DNA of 64,000 nucleotides from Oopsacas minuta (Eukaryota > Animalia > Porifera): assembly GCA_024704765.1 (NCBI GenBank), contig JAKMXF010000011.1, positions 851,557 to 915,556 on the forward strand. The letters run 5' to 3'. Numbering within the stretch: position 1 is the stretch's first letter; every line of letters begins with the position of its first letter. The position numbers were made by a program, and so were the translations under genes. Of this stretch, positions 13,001 through 23,260 are shown one piece after another. A model generated the notes under the pieces. That model saw only the letters and a program-made list of their open reading frames with translations. It was not told the origin of the DNA and ran no database searches.

Positions 13001-15963
13001 TTTAAATTGAAATGATTTAATCTCTTCTTTAAGATCCTTCTTATCTTGAATTAACTGGGAACGGATTGCCATAAGATTTTTACAGTCTTTACATATTTTA
13101 TTGTATCTAGGTCTAGCCAAGTTGTTAGACAACACTTTCTTCCAATTCTGGATAGCAGCAATGTATTTTTCATCGAATGAGGCCTTTAACATATCTTGTC
13201 GTACTTCTCGTGTGTCTTTCTTGGATAATTTGACCTCATCAACTAGGCTTAGTATTGAATTATAATCTTCAGGTTTATCTATATGGAGAAAGTCTTCTAA
13301 CCAAAAAGATTTTAAGATATACTCAATAGATTTCAATTGTTTATGTGTATATTGTACTTCCATTTTCTCGTAAAGTTACAAAAATAAGTGAGCTTTTTAT
13401 ACATGTAGTTTCGAATTTTCCATTCTTTCTTTCTGTTCATCTCCAAAGAAAAGTTCACACGCTCAAGTAATATCAGTATATTTTGAGGGAATAATATACC
13501 GATAATTCAAGTTATGAATAATCAATAATTGAGAATTGTAAGAGATATTCTACGTAAGTCTGTGATTCAACTCACATTTAGTTATAGGAAATTTATCCCC
13601 TTTAGAATCCCAACACATTGTCGTCATAATAGACTGTTATGAATCAATTTTGATAGTCCCATTGAATAAATTCTATATTCTCATTTATTTAATGAAAAGA
13701 AACACGAAATTTATTATTAAGATGAACTTGGTATAGCTATTAGGCAATAATATTATTAACAAAAGAATGAAATTCCAATCTCTTGTTGCTGTTGAACAAC
13801 AAGTTAATTACCAAAATAAACCGATAATTTTCTCAATATATGTATTTGATCACATCTCCTGTTAGAAACATCCACAAGTCTGAGAGCTACAATATTGAGT
13901 ACCTTACTATAGGAAATTAACGCGAATGCTTCAATTCGCGTTAATTTCCTGCAATTTATGCTATTTAGCAAATTTTTACAATGGATGGGCAAATCCCAAT
14001 TTACATGTTTTCCGATGCGTGACTGGTTTGAGAGGATACCATGTCTATCAAGTGGACTGGAAACCTATTTTGGGACAAGACATTGAATAATTTCTTAATA
14101 TTTATTCGCATAAAATAGTGTATATACAAATGTTCTCCCTCTCAATCGCGTTAATTTCATGTAATTGAAAATGTTCCGCTCCAATTCGCGTTATATTAAG
14201 GTAAGTTTAAACATAAGTTTTGACATCATGAGCTCTACATCTTAGATGGATTCTACAAGTATCCTTTGATCGTTAGAAACCGCAGAAATATGAAAGAAGC
14301 CATTTTGAGTTAAATGTACGGGAATAACTTGGATGCCACAAAATTTTGAGAAAAGAGTAGAATACAAAATTATATTCTAACATGGGATTGAGTAATGTAA
14401 ATGTAATGTACATAATTATTTAATGCAACCAACAAATCAATGATATAATCCAATGCAATCTGATACCTCAATTCAATAATTAGTATTCATCGATTAGCAG
14501 TTATAATTATGACAAAATAGTTGCAATGAAACGGAAATGTTATTCTCCATTTTGATAGGGTTGTATCCCATTATGATAGGGTTGTATCCCATTTTGATAG
14601 GGTTGTATCCCATTTTGATAGGGTTGTATCCCATTTTGATAGGGTTGTATCCTATTTTGATAGCTTTGTTCCTCATAAAATATTATTTCCTGAAACAATA
14701 ATTTTTGTTCCTTCAGTAATCTACACTGTTCTATCATCAATTGACGAATGTCTCTTTCCAGCTGTTTATGATTCTTCCTTGCTTTGTCTTGATTCACTTT
14801 TGTTCTCATATTTCTTAATCTTGCAGAAAATTCCTCAGTAAGATCGACTCGGGTACATAAAGCTCTAAATTCAGGCCTTGTGAGGCTGACAACCTTTTCA
14901 TCATCAAATATTTCATCAGATTGCAATTGTAACTGATTGTAATTCGGCTTTAAAACTTTAGAAATAATTTCATAGTTTACATTAACAGACATTTTCTTTT
15001 GTATTATGTTGTACAGTCAGTTAAAGCTGTGTAGCATATTTATAGAGTATTAAAGCGGTATATTTAAACGTAATTAAGTGATATGCAAGCTAATAGAATG
15101 TAATACAAATGACATATGAAGTTATTCACTGCAAAGTAGCAATGAACTGAAAACAATAATACAATACAAGGATATTAAACCATATTTCTAAATTATGACA
15201 ACCCTCATTGCATTTATATTTATTCAAATTGTATATTACTGACCTTAAAAGTTTTGTTATTAGCTCCTATCTTGCTCTGAGATCTCCAACACCATACAAA
15301 CACACTCTTATCATGCTCAGCTCCAACTGAAATAACATAATTCTGATCAGGATGGAATTTAACATAATCAATAGCATGTGTATGTCCTGGTAGGGAGACT
15401 AGCTCCCGTAGACTTGAGTACTCCCACACTCTGACTAATGGTTTATGTCCTTGTTCTCCAGTAACTATATATCTCCCATCAGGTGACCAAGATAATGATA
15501 TTATAGCCTAGAATGATATACGAGCAAAATAAAATCATAGAATAATCTTTACATGAATATTATTACAAATATTCGCAAAATTCCCCAAGGGTTTATTAGA
15601 GGGAATTTGCGATAACCACTGTAATGTATATTTAACCTTTCTGGTAGCATTCATAAGATAACTCTGTGTATCTCTCTTCACATCATACAGTACTACTACA
15701 CACCCAGCTGGATAGGCTAATACTCCATCAGCTGAGCAACACATAGCTGCTACTGTAGGGTTAGTAACACCCAGTACTTTGTGTAGCTGTGGTGTAGTAT
15801 TGGTAGTAGGTAGATTGGGTGCGATTTGTACAGGATTGCTTGTGTTTATGTTATTGTTGTTGTTGGTAATAGTGTTAATGTTTTCTTTGGAAGAAACTAA
15901 TGATATGAAGCTAGGAGGACGGTTGAGCTTGTTAACTCGTTTAGTTGGATCTTTCTGAGACAT
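7088..15963 (-). CDS. WDR62/MAPKBP1-like WD40 scaffold, 8 exons: 15637-15963, 15244-15507, 11018-11264, 10459-10684, 10021-10397, 8850-9754, 8478-8793, 7088-8268 (about 1280 aa)
   Basis: LHKVLGVT...LAYPAGCVVVLYD, LSWSPDGRYIVTGEQGHKPLVRVW, FLTGSADGTVRIW and GHSEMILSVRFSQDGRYFVSVGGDGCVFVWKL match the WDR62/MAPKBP1 family. All introns are GT-AG with consistent phases (3843 nt in total). The acceptors of exons 6 and 8 have alternatives. Confidence 0.88.
8303..8455. mobile_element. MITE family A, copy 2, in the last WDR62-like intron
   Basis: TA|CAGACAACTTCCGTTATACCGAAG ... TTGGATATAATGGGAGTTGACTG|TA; imperfect 23-bp TIRs with TA on both sides. Confidence 0.85.
12054..12425 (-). CDS. Short divergent Maf/CNC-like bZIP protein C (123 aa), nested in WDR62-like intron 2
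   Basis: Clear paralog of 12977-13363 (SIKSIL..W..D...I....D..SIL.L.D..KLS...T..V..DM..A.F..KYIA.IQ..K...SN..AR..YN), with a C-terminal Leu heptad zipper. TATAAAAG lies at 12478-12485 on the minus strand. Confidence 0.65.
   Translation of the reverse strand: MEKEDSYNQTMLESIKSILTANWKRDVNLIKDRNDPKSILLLIDANKLSTINTITVKCDMKLANFPLKYIASIQEYKHEISNKKARKKYNASICDLIKLRTQLVREREELKNEISELIRKEPS
12977..13363 (-). CDS. Short divergent Maf/CNC-like bZIP protein B (128 aa), nested in WDR62-like intron 2
   Basis: FDEKYIAAIQNWKKVLSNNLAR aligns ungapped to CNC-type LTEEQLALIRDIRRRGKNKVAA, followed by an I/L/L/L/F heptad. Minus-strand TATAAAAAG lies at 13393-13401, and AATAAA follows shortly after the stop. Confidence 0.65.
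   Translation of the reverse strand: MEVQYTHKQLKSIEYILKSFWLEDFLHIDKPEDYNSILSLVDEVKLSKKDTREVRQDMLKASFDEKYIAAIQNWKKVLSNNLARPRYNKICKDCKNLMAIRSQLIQDKKDLKEEIKSFQFKIKMSAES
14540..14992 (-). CDS. Short divergent Maf/CNC-like bZIP protein A (150 aa) with a C-terminal YQNGIQP repeat tail, nested in WDR62-like intron 2
   Basis: IFDDEKVVSLTRPEFRALCTRVDLTEEFSARLRNMR resembles the Maf/CNC extended homology region. LERDIRQLMIEQCRLLKEQKLL forms a zipper. Minus-strand TATAAATA lies at 15037-15044. Confidence 0.65.
   Translation of the reverse strand: MSVNVNYEIISKVLKPNYNQLQLQSDEIFDDEKVVSLTRPEFRALCTRVDLTEEFSARLRNMRTKVNQDKARKNHKQLERDIRQLMIEQCRLLKEQKLLFQEIIFYEEQSYQNRIQPYQNGIQPYQNGIQPYQNGIQPYHNGIQPYQNGE
14547..14663. 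repeat. 21-bp coding tandem repeat, about 5.5 copies (CCATTTTGATAGGGTTGTATC)
   Basis: Directly visible; encodes (YQNGIQP)n on the minus strand. Confidence 0.97.
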
Positions 15964-16265
15964 TTCTGAATGTTATACCTCAAATAAATTATTACAAGAA
16001 TAATATTGCTAATCTTGGCTATTATAAGAAATACAATTGTGTATATTTGCTGTAATCAATATTTGTACGACATAAATACTAAGGATAAGAACATTGAGCA
16101 GGATCAACGACAATCTTTAGTAACGTTTCCCAACCCTTTCACACATCTCCTGCTATCGTCCGTGGACCACCAAGAGGTCCATGAACTCGGGAGCTTTGTT
16201 GTGTATTATAATTACTTTAATACAAATTGAGCAGAAATACAAATATTAACAACATCAATACATTG

Positions 16266-16850
16266 TTATTTAGCAGAGAGAATTGCTTCTAACTCTTTCT
16301 CTAAATGCCTCACAATTTTATGATTCATAAAGAGTAAAGTCCCTGATGGTAGAAATACATGTAATATTCCTGTTATCTTATCAGCTTCAAGTAATATCTT
16401 TGGGGCTGTCATTTCCTGTGACATGTTGTCCAGGATAACACGAATCAATACTTCTAGCACGTATTCTGCTAAACTCAAATTCTCATTTGTATCGCATATT
16501 AAAGCATATGTTATTCCACTATTAACTCTCCAAACAACAATTTGTTGGTTAGAAAATGGATCGTTTGAGTAGAGAAGGAATGTTCCGTTTACAGAGATGT
16601 TACTCTCATCGGTTTTACTGGAAGATGCTAGGTAATTCGCTGAGAATTGGAATGCGAATTCTATTTGAATTCTCCTGACAACTTCCGCGATTGAATCTTT
16701 CCTATTTTCTCTAGCGTCTACTGAGGTAATTGGGGATGCGCCGAGGTGTGAATTTTCGGTAGATACTGGAGATGGATGTGGATAAAGTGTTGAGTGTATA
16801 AGATGCCAAGATGTGCTCGATATTTTCGCGATTACAAAACCCAACACCAT
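16266..16850 (-). CDS. AP5S1: AP-5 complex subunit sigma-1
   Basis: RKDSIAEVVRRI, DPFSNQQIVVW, ICDTNENLSLAEYVL and ADKITGILHVFLPSGTLLFMNHKIVRHLEKE match AP5S1. Confidence 0.92.
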   Translation of the reverse strand: MVLGFVIAKISSTSWHLIHSTLYPHPSPVSTENSHLGASPITSVDARENRKDSIAEVVRRIQIEFAFQFSANYLASSSKTDESNISVNGTFLLYSNDPFSNQQIVVWRVNSGITYALICDTNENLSLAEYVLEVLIRVILDNMSQEMTAPKILLEADKITGILHVFLPSGTLLFMNHKIVRHLEKELEAILSAK

Positions 16851-17010
16851 TATATTCTAATTCAATTGAAGCACATTTTTGGTTAGAACAGAAAATAATT
16901 GGTCATAATAAATACAAGTTACTCATTGGTTAAAAATATAACTAACAAAGTGAAGGCTATATAAGAATTTGAACAAATAAACTACGAAAATTATCGAGAA
17001 GAAAGGCAAT
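16851..17010. promoter_or_regulatory. Putative bidirectional promoter between head-to-head AP5S1 and PDE genes (160 bp)
   Basis: Divergent ATGs at 16850 and 17011; inferred from geometry only. Confidence 0.45.
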
Positions 17011-19500
17011 ATGGATGATGACACGCATTTTTATAAAGTTCTTACATACGAAATGATGGAAGAAATCTATAGTGAGCTTGATGTGATGAAAGTGAGTTTT
17101 AAGATTTTAAAGCAAGTAATTGGGCTGATCCGAGCAGATAGAGCAAGTCTGTTTCTTGTCGAAGGAGCGAAAGGGAAGGAAGTTCTTGTCTCAAAACTAT
17201 TTGACATACAACAAGACACAGGATATGAAGATTCTCTGAGGAACGAGAGTAATTACATTTTTGTACCAATTACTAACGGAATTGTGGGTCGAGTCGCGAG
17301 TACAAAATTGTTAGTTAACATAAAAGATGCGTATAGTAATCCAGATTTTTGCAAAGATGTTGATGTGAAAGTTGGTTATGAAACTAGGAATATTCTATGT
17401 TTACCAGTGCTCAATCCAAACAATGAAGTAATTGGTGTTATTTCAGCTATCAATAAACTAGGGACTTCTAAAGAAAAGGCATTCTTTTCCAGAGAAGATG
17501 AAGATTGTTTTACGCAGTATGCTCGGTTTTGCGCGTTAGCTCTCACCAATTCACAGTTACATGAAAAGTCTGTTAATGTATGTCAACGTATTGAAGTTAC
17601 GTTACAAATGGCAAAGAGGTTATTTGAAAAACACACAAAAGTTGAAGATTTGATGCATGAAATTCTCACTGGAACAAGTGAACTAATTCAGTGCAAACAG
17701 TGTCATTTCGTTCTATTGAAAACTGAAGGAGATGAATTACCGAAAAAAGATCGAATTCAATTGAATTTTACTAACACAATTGAACAAAGTAATCAAGTAG
17801 AAAATCCGAACATAGAAGCGATCTACAAACTTGAAAACCCAAAAGATGGTGAAAAGAAAGTAGAGAAATTGAAATCATTAGAATACCCAGACATAATAAA
17901 CCTGGTAATGCAAGATGGAAAACCTATAAACATACCTATTGTCGCGAAATCCACACTTTCCGCAACTCTAGCGCCTTCAACACAGAGCCTACTTTGTATT
18001 CCTATCTTTTGTAAGGAGAAACTGATAGCTATGGTAGAATTTATTGATAAAAACAATGGTTTTCCGTTCAATAATTATGACTTGGAGGCTTTTGAATTAC
18101 TAGCTGTATTCTACGGGCTCGGCATTAGTAACGTAAGGTACTATGAAAAGAGTATGAATGAATCTTATCAGAATGAAGTTTCTTTGGAAATTCTTACCTA
18201 TCATATTTTCCCAACAGATTTAGAAGTGCAACGAACTTGTGTTACAATGGTGCCTAATGCAAGCGTATTAATGCTGGAATCTTTCAATTTTGATGATGAA
18301 CTTCTGACAAGTGACGAGCTAGTTATTGCAGTACTAAGAATGTTTATTGACGCGAAATATCTCACTCGGTTTAATATTAACTACCGCGTACTCTGTAAAT
18401 TCGTAATAGCAGTCAAGAACAATTATAGACAAGTGATTTATCATAATTGGAGACATGCATTTAACGTCGCGCAATCAATGTATGCAATTTTGAGGAAAAC
18501 AAACAACTTGGCTGGTGCGGTAAGCGATTTACATGGAATGGCGTTAATAGTCGCTTGTCTATGTCATGATCTAGATCACAGAGGTACGAATAACCAATTC
18601 CAGCAGACAGAACAGAATGCATTACAACACCTGTATGGATCATCAATCATGGAATATCATCATATTAACCAATTTCTAATGATACTAAACTTTGATGGAT
18701 GTAATATATTTTATGCGCTTTCTGAAAAACAGAAGCAAGAAGCAATGGATACAGTTAGAATTGCAATACTAGACACTGATTTAGGGAATCATTTCAAAAT
18801 CAGGGGTAATTTCATTAAAACTGTTGAACAAGGACATTTTAACATAGAGAATAAATGTGATTTGAAATGTCTGAACTCTTTCATAATGACAGCGTGTGAT
18901 TTATCAGCTATCACGAAACCTTGGCGAGTACAAAAACGAGTAGCAGAGTTGGTTGCGCAAGAGTTTTTCTATCAAGGAGACCTCGAACGTGAAAAGGGAA
19001 ACCAAGTACCGGAAATGATGGACAGAGAGAAAGCACATAAACTCCCAGACCTTCAGGTAAGATTCATAGACAGACTCTGTATTAGTGTATATACTACACT
19101 AGTCATATTATATCCGCAGCTTAAACAGCTGGTTGATGGGTGTACTATGAACAGAGAGCAATGGGTACAACTTGCAAAGGGTAACCAATTCAATATGTCG
19201 TCACCCGCACCACATCAATTACAAAAGATAAGTACGGAATCCTTAGGACGTACCCAGGGTGTGTTAAAATCTACACCTTGTTTGAATAAGAGGACAGATG
19301 AGAACTATTCTCTTGTGAAAGATCTTGGTCCAAGAGTCGTATGGACACACGCGAATTCTCCCATTCATGAAGGGAAAGAAAGTTCAATTGAAGGGAAAGT
19401 TGCGGAATCAATAGTTGTACCAGCTGTTAAGAACGAACCAATGCCTCAGAATGCACAAATTAACACCAATTCAAAACATAGTAATTGCCAATTATTGTAA
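17011..19500 (+). CDS. Dual-GAF cyclic nucleotide phosphodiesterase, PDE5/PDE11-like, single exon
   Basis: GAF-A (ADRASLFLV, GIVGRVA, F..DVD...GYETRNILCLP, SAINK) and GAF-B, plus catalytic YHNWRHAFN, LCHDLDHRGTNN, TACDLSAITKPW, EFFYQGDLER and the invariant Gln in LPDLQVRFID. Confidence 0.93.
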   Translation: MDDDTHFYKVLTYEMMEEIYSELDVMKVSFKILKQVIGLIRADRASLFLVEGAKGKEVLVSKLFDIQQDTGYEDSLRNESNYIFVPITNGIVGRVASTKLLVNIKDAYSNPDFCKDVDVKVGYETRNILCLPVLNPNNEVIGVISAINKLGTSKEKAFFSREDEDCFTQYARFCALALTNSQLHEKSVNVCQRIEVTLQMAKRLFEKHTKVEDLMHEILTGTSELIQCKQCHFVLLKTEGDELPKKDRIQLNFTNTIEQSNQVENPNIEAIYKLENPKDGEKKVEKLKSLEYPDIINLVMQDGKPINIPIVAKSTLSATLAPSTQSLLCIPIFCKEKLIAMVEFIDKNNGFPFNNYDLEAFELLAVFYGLGISNVRYYEKSMNESYQNEVSLEILTYHIFPTDLEVQRTCVTMVPNASVLMLESFNFDDELLTSDELVIAVLRMFIDAKYLTRFNINYRVLCKFVIAVKNNYRQVIYHNWRHAFNVAQSMYAILRKTNNLAGAVSDLHGMALIVACLCHDLDHRGTNNQFQQTEQNALQHLYGSSIMEYHHINQFLMILNFDGCNIFYALSEKQKQEAMDTVRIAILDTDLGNHFKIRGNFIKTVEQGHFNIENKCDLKCLNSFIMTACDLSAITKPWRVQKRVAELVAQEFFYQGDLEREKGNQVPEMMDREKAHKLPDLQVRFIDRLCISVYTTLVILYPQLKQLVDGCTMNREQWVQLAKGNQFNMSSPAPHQLQKISTESLGRTQGVLKSTPCLNKRTDENYSLVKDLGPRVVWTHANSPIHEGKESSIEGKVAESIVVPAVKNEPMPQNAQINTNSKHSNCQLL

Positions 19501-19634
19501 TCAGCTGCTGTGATGTATTATACACCATTTGAACGATAATTTATTACGTTATAACGAGTATAATATCATTTGCAATATAAAAGAAGTGCAAAAATATGAA
19601 TATTAATTATTATTAGGGAATAATTGTATGATAT

Positions 19635-20621
19635 TCAAGGTTTGAAATGAATCTTATATAACTTGTCAATCTCTTCCATAACTCGCACTTTATCGATCTT
19701 ATACTCCATCTTCTGAAGCTCTAAACGCGGGCTTCCTAGAGGTCGAGAACATGAGAGATATTTCGCGTTTGCATCTAATTCAATTGGATTTTGTCTTGAC
19801 AGCCAGAAAAGACTATATGCGCCTAACACCGGACTAATCACCAAGGAACTTGAAATGAACGCGCGGAGTATAAATAGAAGTGGCCAAACTAAATACCAAA
19901 AATACTTCGGGAGTATTTTATTAGTCAATTCCGTCATAACCAGACCAGGACATGCTGTATTGGAGAATACATTAGTATGTTCATTCAACTTAATGCTGAT
20001 AATATCGATCAGCTGTTTAGAGTTTTCGTAAGCACGCTCGCCACCAAAATGTTGTATGTTATCAATGTTTATGGGCAGAGCTACACTAGCAGAACGAGAT
20101 GAAGTCCATATACAATGACAGGGTATATTCTGTGTAGATATAAGAGACTCGAGCTCTCGTATTAAAGCATAATGGCCTAACACATTCGTAGCGAATACAC
20201 TACTAAGGCCGTTGTCCATGATAGAATCGTTTTGTCGTAGCACTCTACCACCTGTGGCGAATACATGACGAATATTCGTGAATGTGAATGGGAAAAATCC
20301 TTTCCAGTTAACAGAGGAAGGAGGCAATTGCCCTGCATTAAGGAATAGCCAGTTTATCTGTTGGAATTTTGTAGATATCTCAAGAGCAGCCTGCTTAACC
20401 GAAGCAGTGTTACTAGTATCAAGTTGAACTATGGATATGTCAGCACCTGGATGCGTTAGCAATAGCTTATCAGAAGCGACTTTAGCCTTAGAAAGATTCC
20501 TGCAAGCAAGACATAATAAAAATGACTGATTTTTTGATCCAAATAACGTCAGAAGATGATCAGCCAGTGCATAGCCTATACCTGAATTTCCGCCAGTTAT
20601 TATTGCTACTTTCTGTACCAT
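19635..20621 (-). CDS. HSD17B7: 3-keto-steroid reductase (short-chain dehydrogenase/reductase)
   Basis: ITGGNSGIG, LCLACRNLSKA, LFLNAG, VFATNVLGHY, WTSS, catalytic YENSK, CPGLVMT and a C-terminal hydrophobic segment. Confidence 0.9.
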   Translation of the reverse strand: MVQKVAIITGGNSGIGYALADHLLTLFGSKNQSFLLCLACRNLSKAKVASDKLLLTHPGADISIVQLDTSNTASVKQAALEISTKFQQINWLFLNAGQLPPSSVNWKGFFPFTFTNIRHVFATGGRVLRQNDSIMDNGLSSVFATNVLGHYALIRELESLISTQNIPCHCIWTSSRSASVALPINIDNIQHFGGERAYENSKQLIDIISIKLNEHTNVFSNTACPGLVMTELTNKILPKYFWYLVWPLLFILRAFISSSLVISPVLGAYSLFWLSRQNPIELDANAKYLSCSRPLGSPRLELQKMEYKIDKVRVMEEIDKLYKIHFKP

Positions 20622-22534
20622 TATGAATTGTTACAAATACCAAAATCTAAACTCAAGTCTAGCTTATATAACAGCAGTGGAAATGGCCAGATATCTGGTG
20701 GTGTGAGGATTCTGGCCTGATCCCCAAATTAGAAATTAACCAAATATAGAAATCAATATAACTGGCAAGTAATATACTTGGGTGGGATTTACATATATAT
20801 CGCATAATAACTATTACTTGGCCAATGTATTTTCCATCGTTACGTATTTAAAAGGTAAACATGTGATAATGAAGGATGTACATACGAAAAATATATTATT
20901 GTGCGAGGAAAAGAGAGGAGCAAGTAATTGACTTCCCAATCTGCTATCTGGATACGAATAGGTATAATCTACGTTACGATGTACACAACTATGATTTAAT
21001 ATTAACTACGTATTGGCCAACACAATATTATGAAGCAATATATTTGCATACAAGAAATTTCTGTGTCTCAAAATATGCTGCATAAGTTTTAGCTTAATAT
21101 ATAAATATGATATTACTGAATAATGTATAGATCATTCAAATGGAAAGATACGTAGAGGTAGAGCAGAGAGGACATGCCGGGAAGAAAAGGAAAAGTATTG
21201 ATTGAGATGTAAGTCAGAATGTAATTTCACTTTTGTAAATACGTGTCCGTGTTTTATCCTTTAAAAAAATCTAAATTACCACAACAGGTATCGATTCGTA
21301 ACCCTAAAACTTCGAGGTAGGTCCCAACCAATCCTATTATTCCTATATACGCTCCTGGAAAGGAGTAATATTCAAATTAATATTTAAAGTGATACATGAT
21401 AGAGTAAATAACAAGATATTGTTTATATACACAAATACACACAAATATTAATCAAATACTCAATTCTCTACACACTACCTCTCAACAAACAAGCAAGTAG
21501 TGTAGAGAACTGATGTCTGATAATGCGATATATTTACAGAAAGTAGTATATACGTGTTTAGGAGTGAAGATAAACCACGTTTTTATCACACGTAAACGGA
21601 TACAAAATGAGAGTAAAATTCACAGAAGAAAGTCTTCGTAGGTAAGTATATTAATATTAATATTCCTGATTGAATTCTTGAATATATTTTGGAAACAACA
21701 ATACTTTGATATATTGCTGTTTCCAAAATAAAGATTCTAAAATGTTGAATAGATGGGCCTAAGCACAATACATCCAGATATTTGTATTTCCAGTGTTTCA
21801 TACAGGATTTTGGTAGTGGAGGACTAAAAACAAACTTCCTTTATGAAACCTTGGAATCTAATTCTGTGCAGCCAATTTGATCGTCTGAATTAGTTGACCC
21901 TTATGTGTGCAATTATCATAACTTGCATCAACGGAATGGCGTTCTTAGAATATAGCTAGGACTATTAATAAGAGTCTCTCACCAGTATATATTCTATTTA
22001 TGGTTTGAGACATTATGCTCATATAAATGCTAGAATTACTTTAATTAATATAGTTAAATAAGTAATAAGCAAATTTAGTTATAGTTAAGATAGTTATGGA
22101 AGTGACAACAAGATACTAGATAGCATATATGTATCTTATTAGCATGGGTTATGTTCTGTAGTAGGCAATGCAGATTCCTAGGAACTGACTGAATTGTAGC
22201 TACTGTAAAATTGCAATTTTTGATAATATTAAGTTTAATCTCAACACCATTGTGAGTGTGAATGGTCTTTTCTTGAATAGTAGAATGTATAAAGCGGGAC
22301 TGGTAAGATGAATAACAGTAATATATTCTGCATGCCTATTATTTGTACAATAGAATCAATTATATTTTAGACTACAAAAGAACTTTCCAACGCGGATGAG
22401 AAGTAAGGTATAAAGTTGAATTCAAAGACCCAAGAAAGAATTAGCAAAAGAACTGATAACCAGACAAGTAATCAACCTGATTTTAATGTAATTTATAATA
22501 TTTAAAATTATCTAATAAATATATTAATAAATAC

Positions 22535-23101
22535 CTATGTGTGTGATTCCTTGCAAACTTTACCTCTATGTTTCACCCAGGATAAATACATACTCCAAAC
22601 GAGAGATACAACTTCACTGTATATAACGCGTAGTGAGAAGGGTATAAACTTAAAATTAATGAACTGTAAAATCGGCCATACTAAATAGCTTACTGTTAGC
22701 ACTTCCCAAAACTTCTCTTTTACCTCGCGAATACCGTCTTTATAACCTTTACCATCAATTATATTATAAACAATAAAAAAACAAACTATTTCGAATGCTG
22801 AATATATAAATTGATCCAAAATAACTTTGATAATTACGTGTTTGTTTGTTGCTCCAGGGAAACCTCTTTCAAGTAGATAATACCAAACTTGATCAGTACA
22901 ACCACCAAATAGGCCCGTAGCAGCAAATGTAATTGTCCTATGATAATTGTATGGGACCGGGTTTCTTTCGATAATTTTCTGTTCAAGAAAATCGGCTAAT
23001 GAATCCAAAACGACACTACTGGTCCCATTGAATATAAGGAGGGGAATGAATTTGGGCTCTTTGAAAAATACATGTATTTTCCTAAAAGTTATTCTAAACA
23101 T
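22535..23101 (-). CDS. MPV17L2: Mpv17/PMP22 family protein, MPV17L2-like
   Basis: WYYLLERGFP, KVILDQ, EVKEKFWEV, VWPILQFINFKFIP...RV and WSMYLS. Confidence 0.8.
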   Translation of the reverse strand: MFRITFRKIHVFFKEPKFIPLLIFNGTSSVVLDSLADFLEQKIIERNPVPYNYHRTITFAATGLFGGCTDQVWYYLLERGFPGATNKHVIIKVILDQFIYSAFEIVCFFIVYNIIDGKGYKDGIREVKEKFWEVLTVSYLVWPILQFINFKFIPFSLRVIYSEVVSLVWSMYLSWVKHRGKVCKESHT

Positions 23102-23260
23102 TTGTAGCTAAAAACTAAGTATTTTCATATATTAACAAACACTTGAAAATATGGATTAATTGAAGGTAACATAATATGCCAATATTTTCAAACAGTATAT
23201 ACTATAGGCAATTGAATTTATGCTATTCCGATTTAGAAAAGCATTTCTTATACATTGGCG
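23102..23260. promoter_or_regulatory. Putative bidirectional promoter between MPV17L2 and the PLAC8-like gene (159 bp)
   Basis: Divergent ATGs at 23101 and 23261; inferred from geometry only. Confidence 0.4.

Noticed and set aside
14547-14663. Tandem repeats (also 59472-59756) as CRISPR-like arrays
   Set aside because: They have no unique spacers, both are in-frame coding repeats, and the context is eukaryotic.
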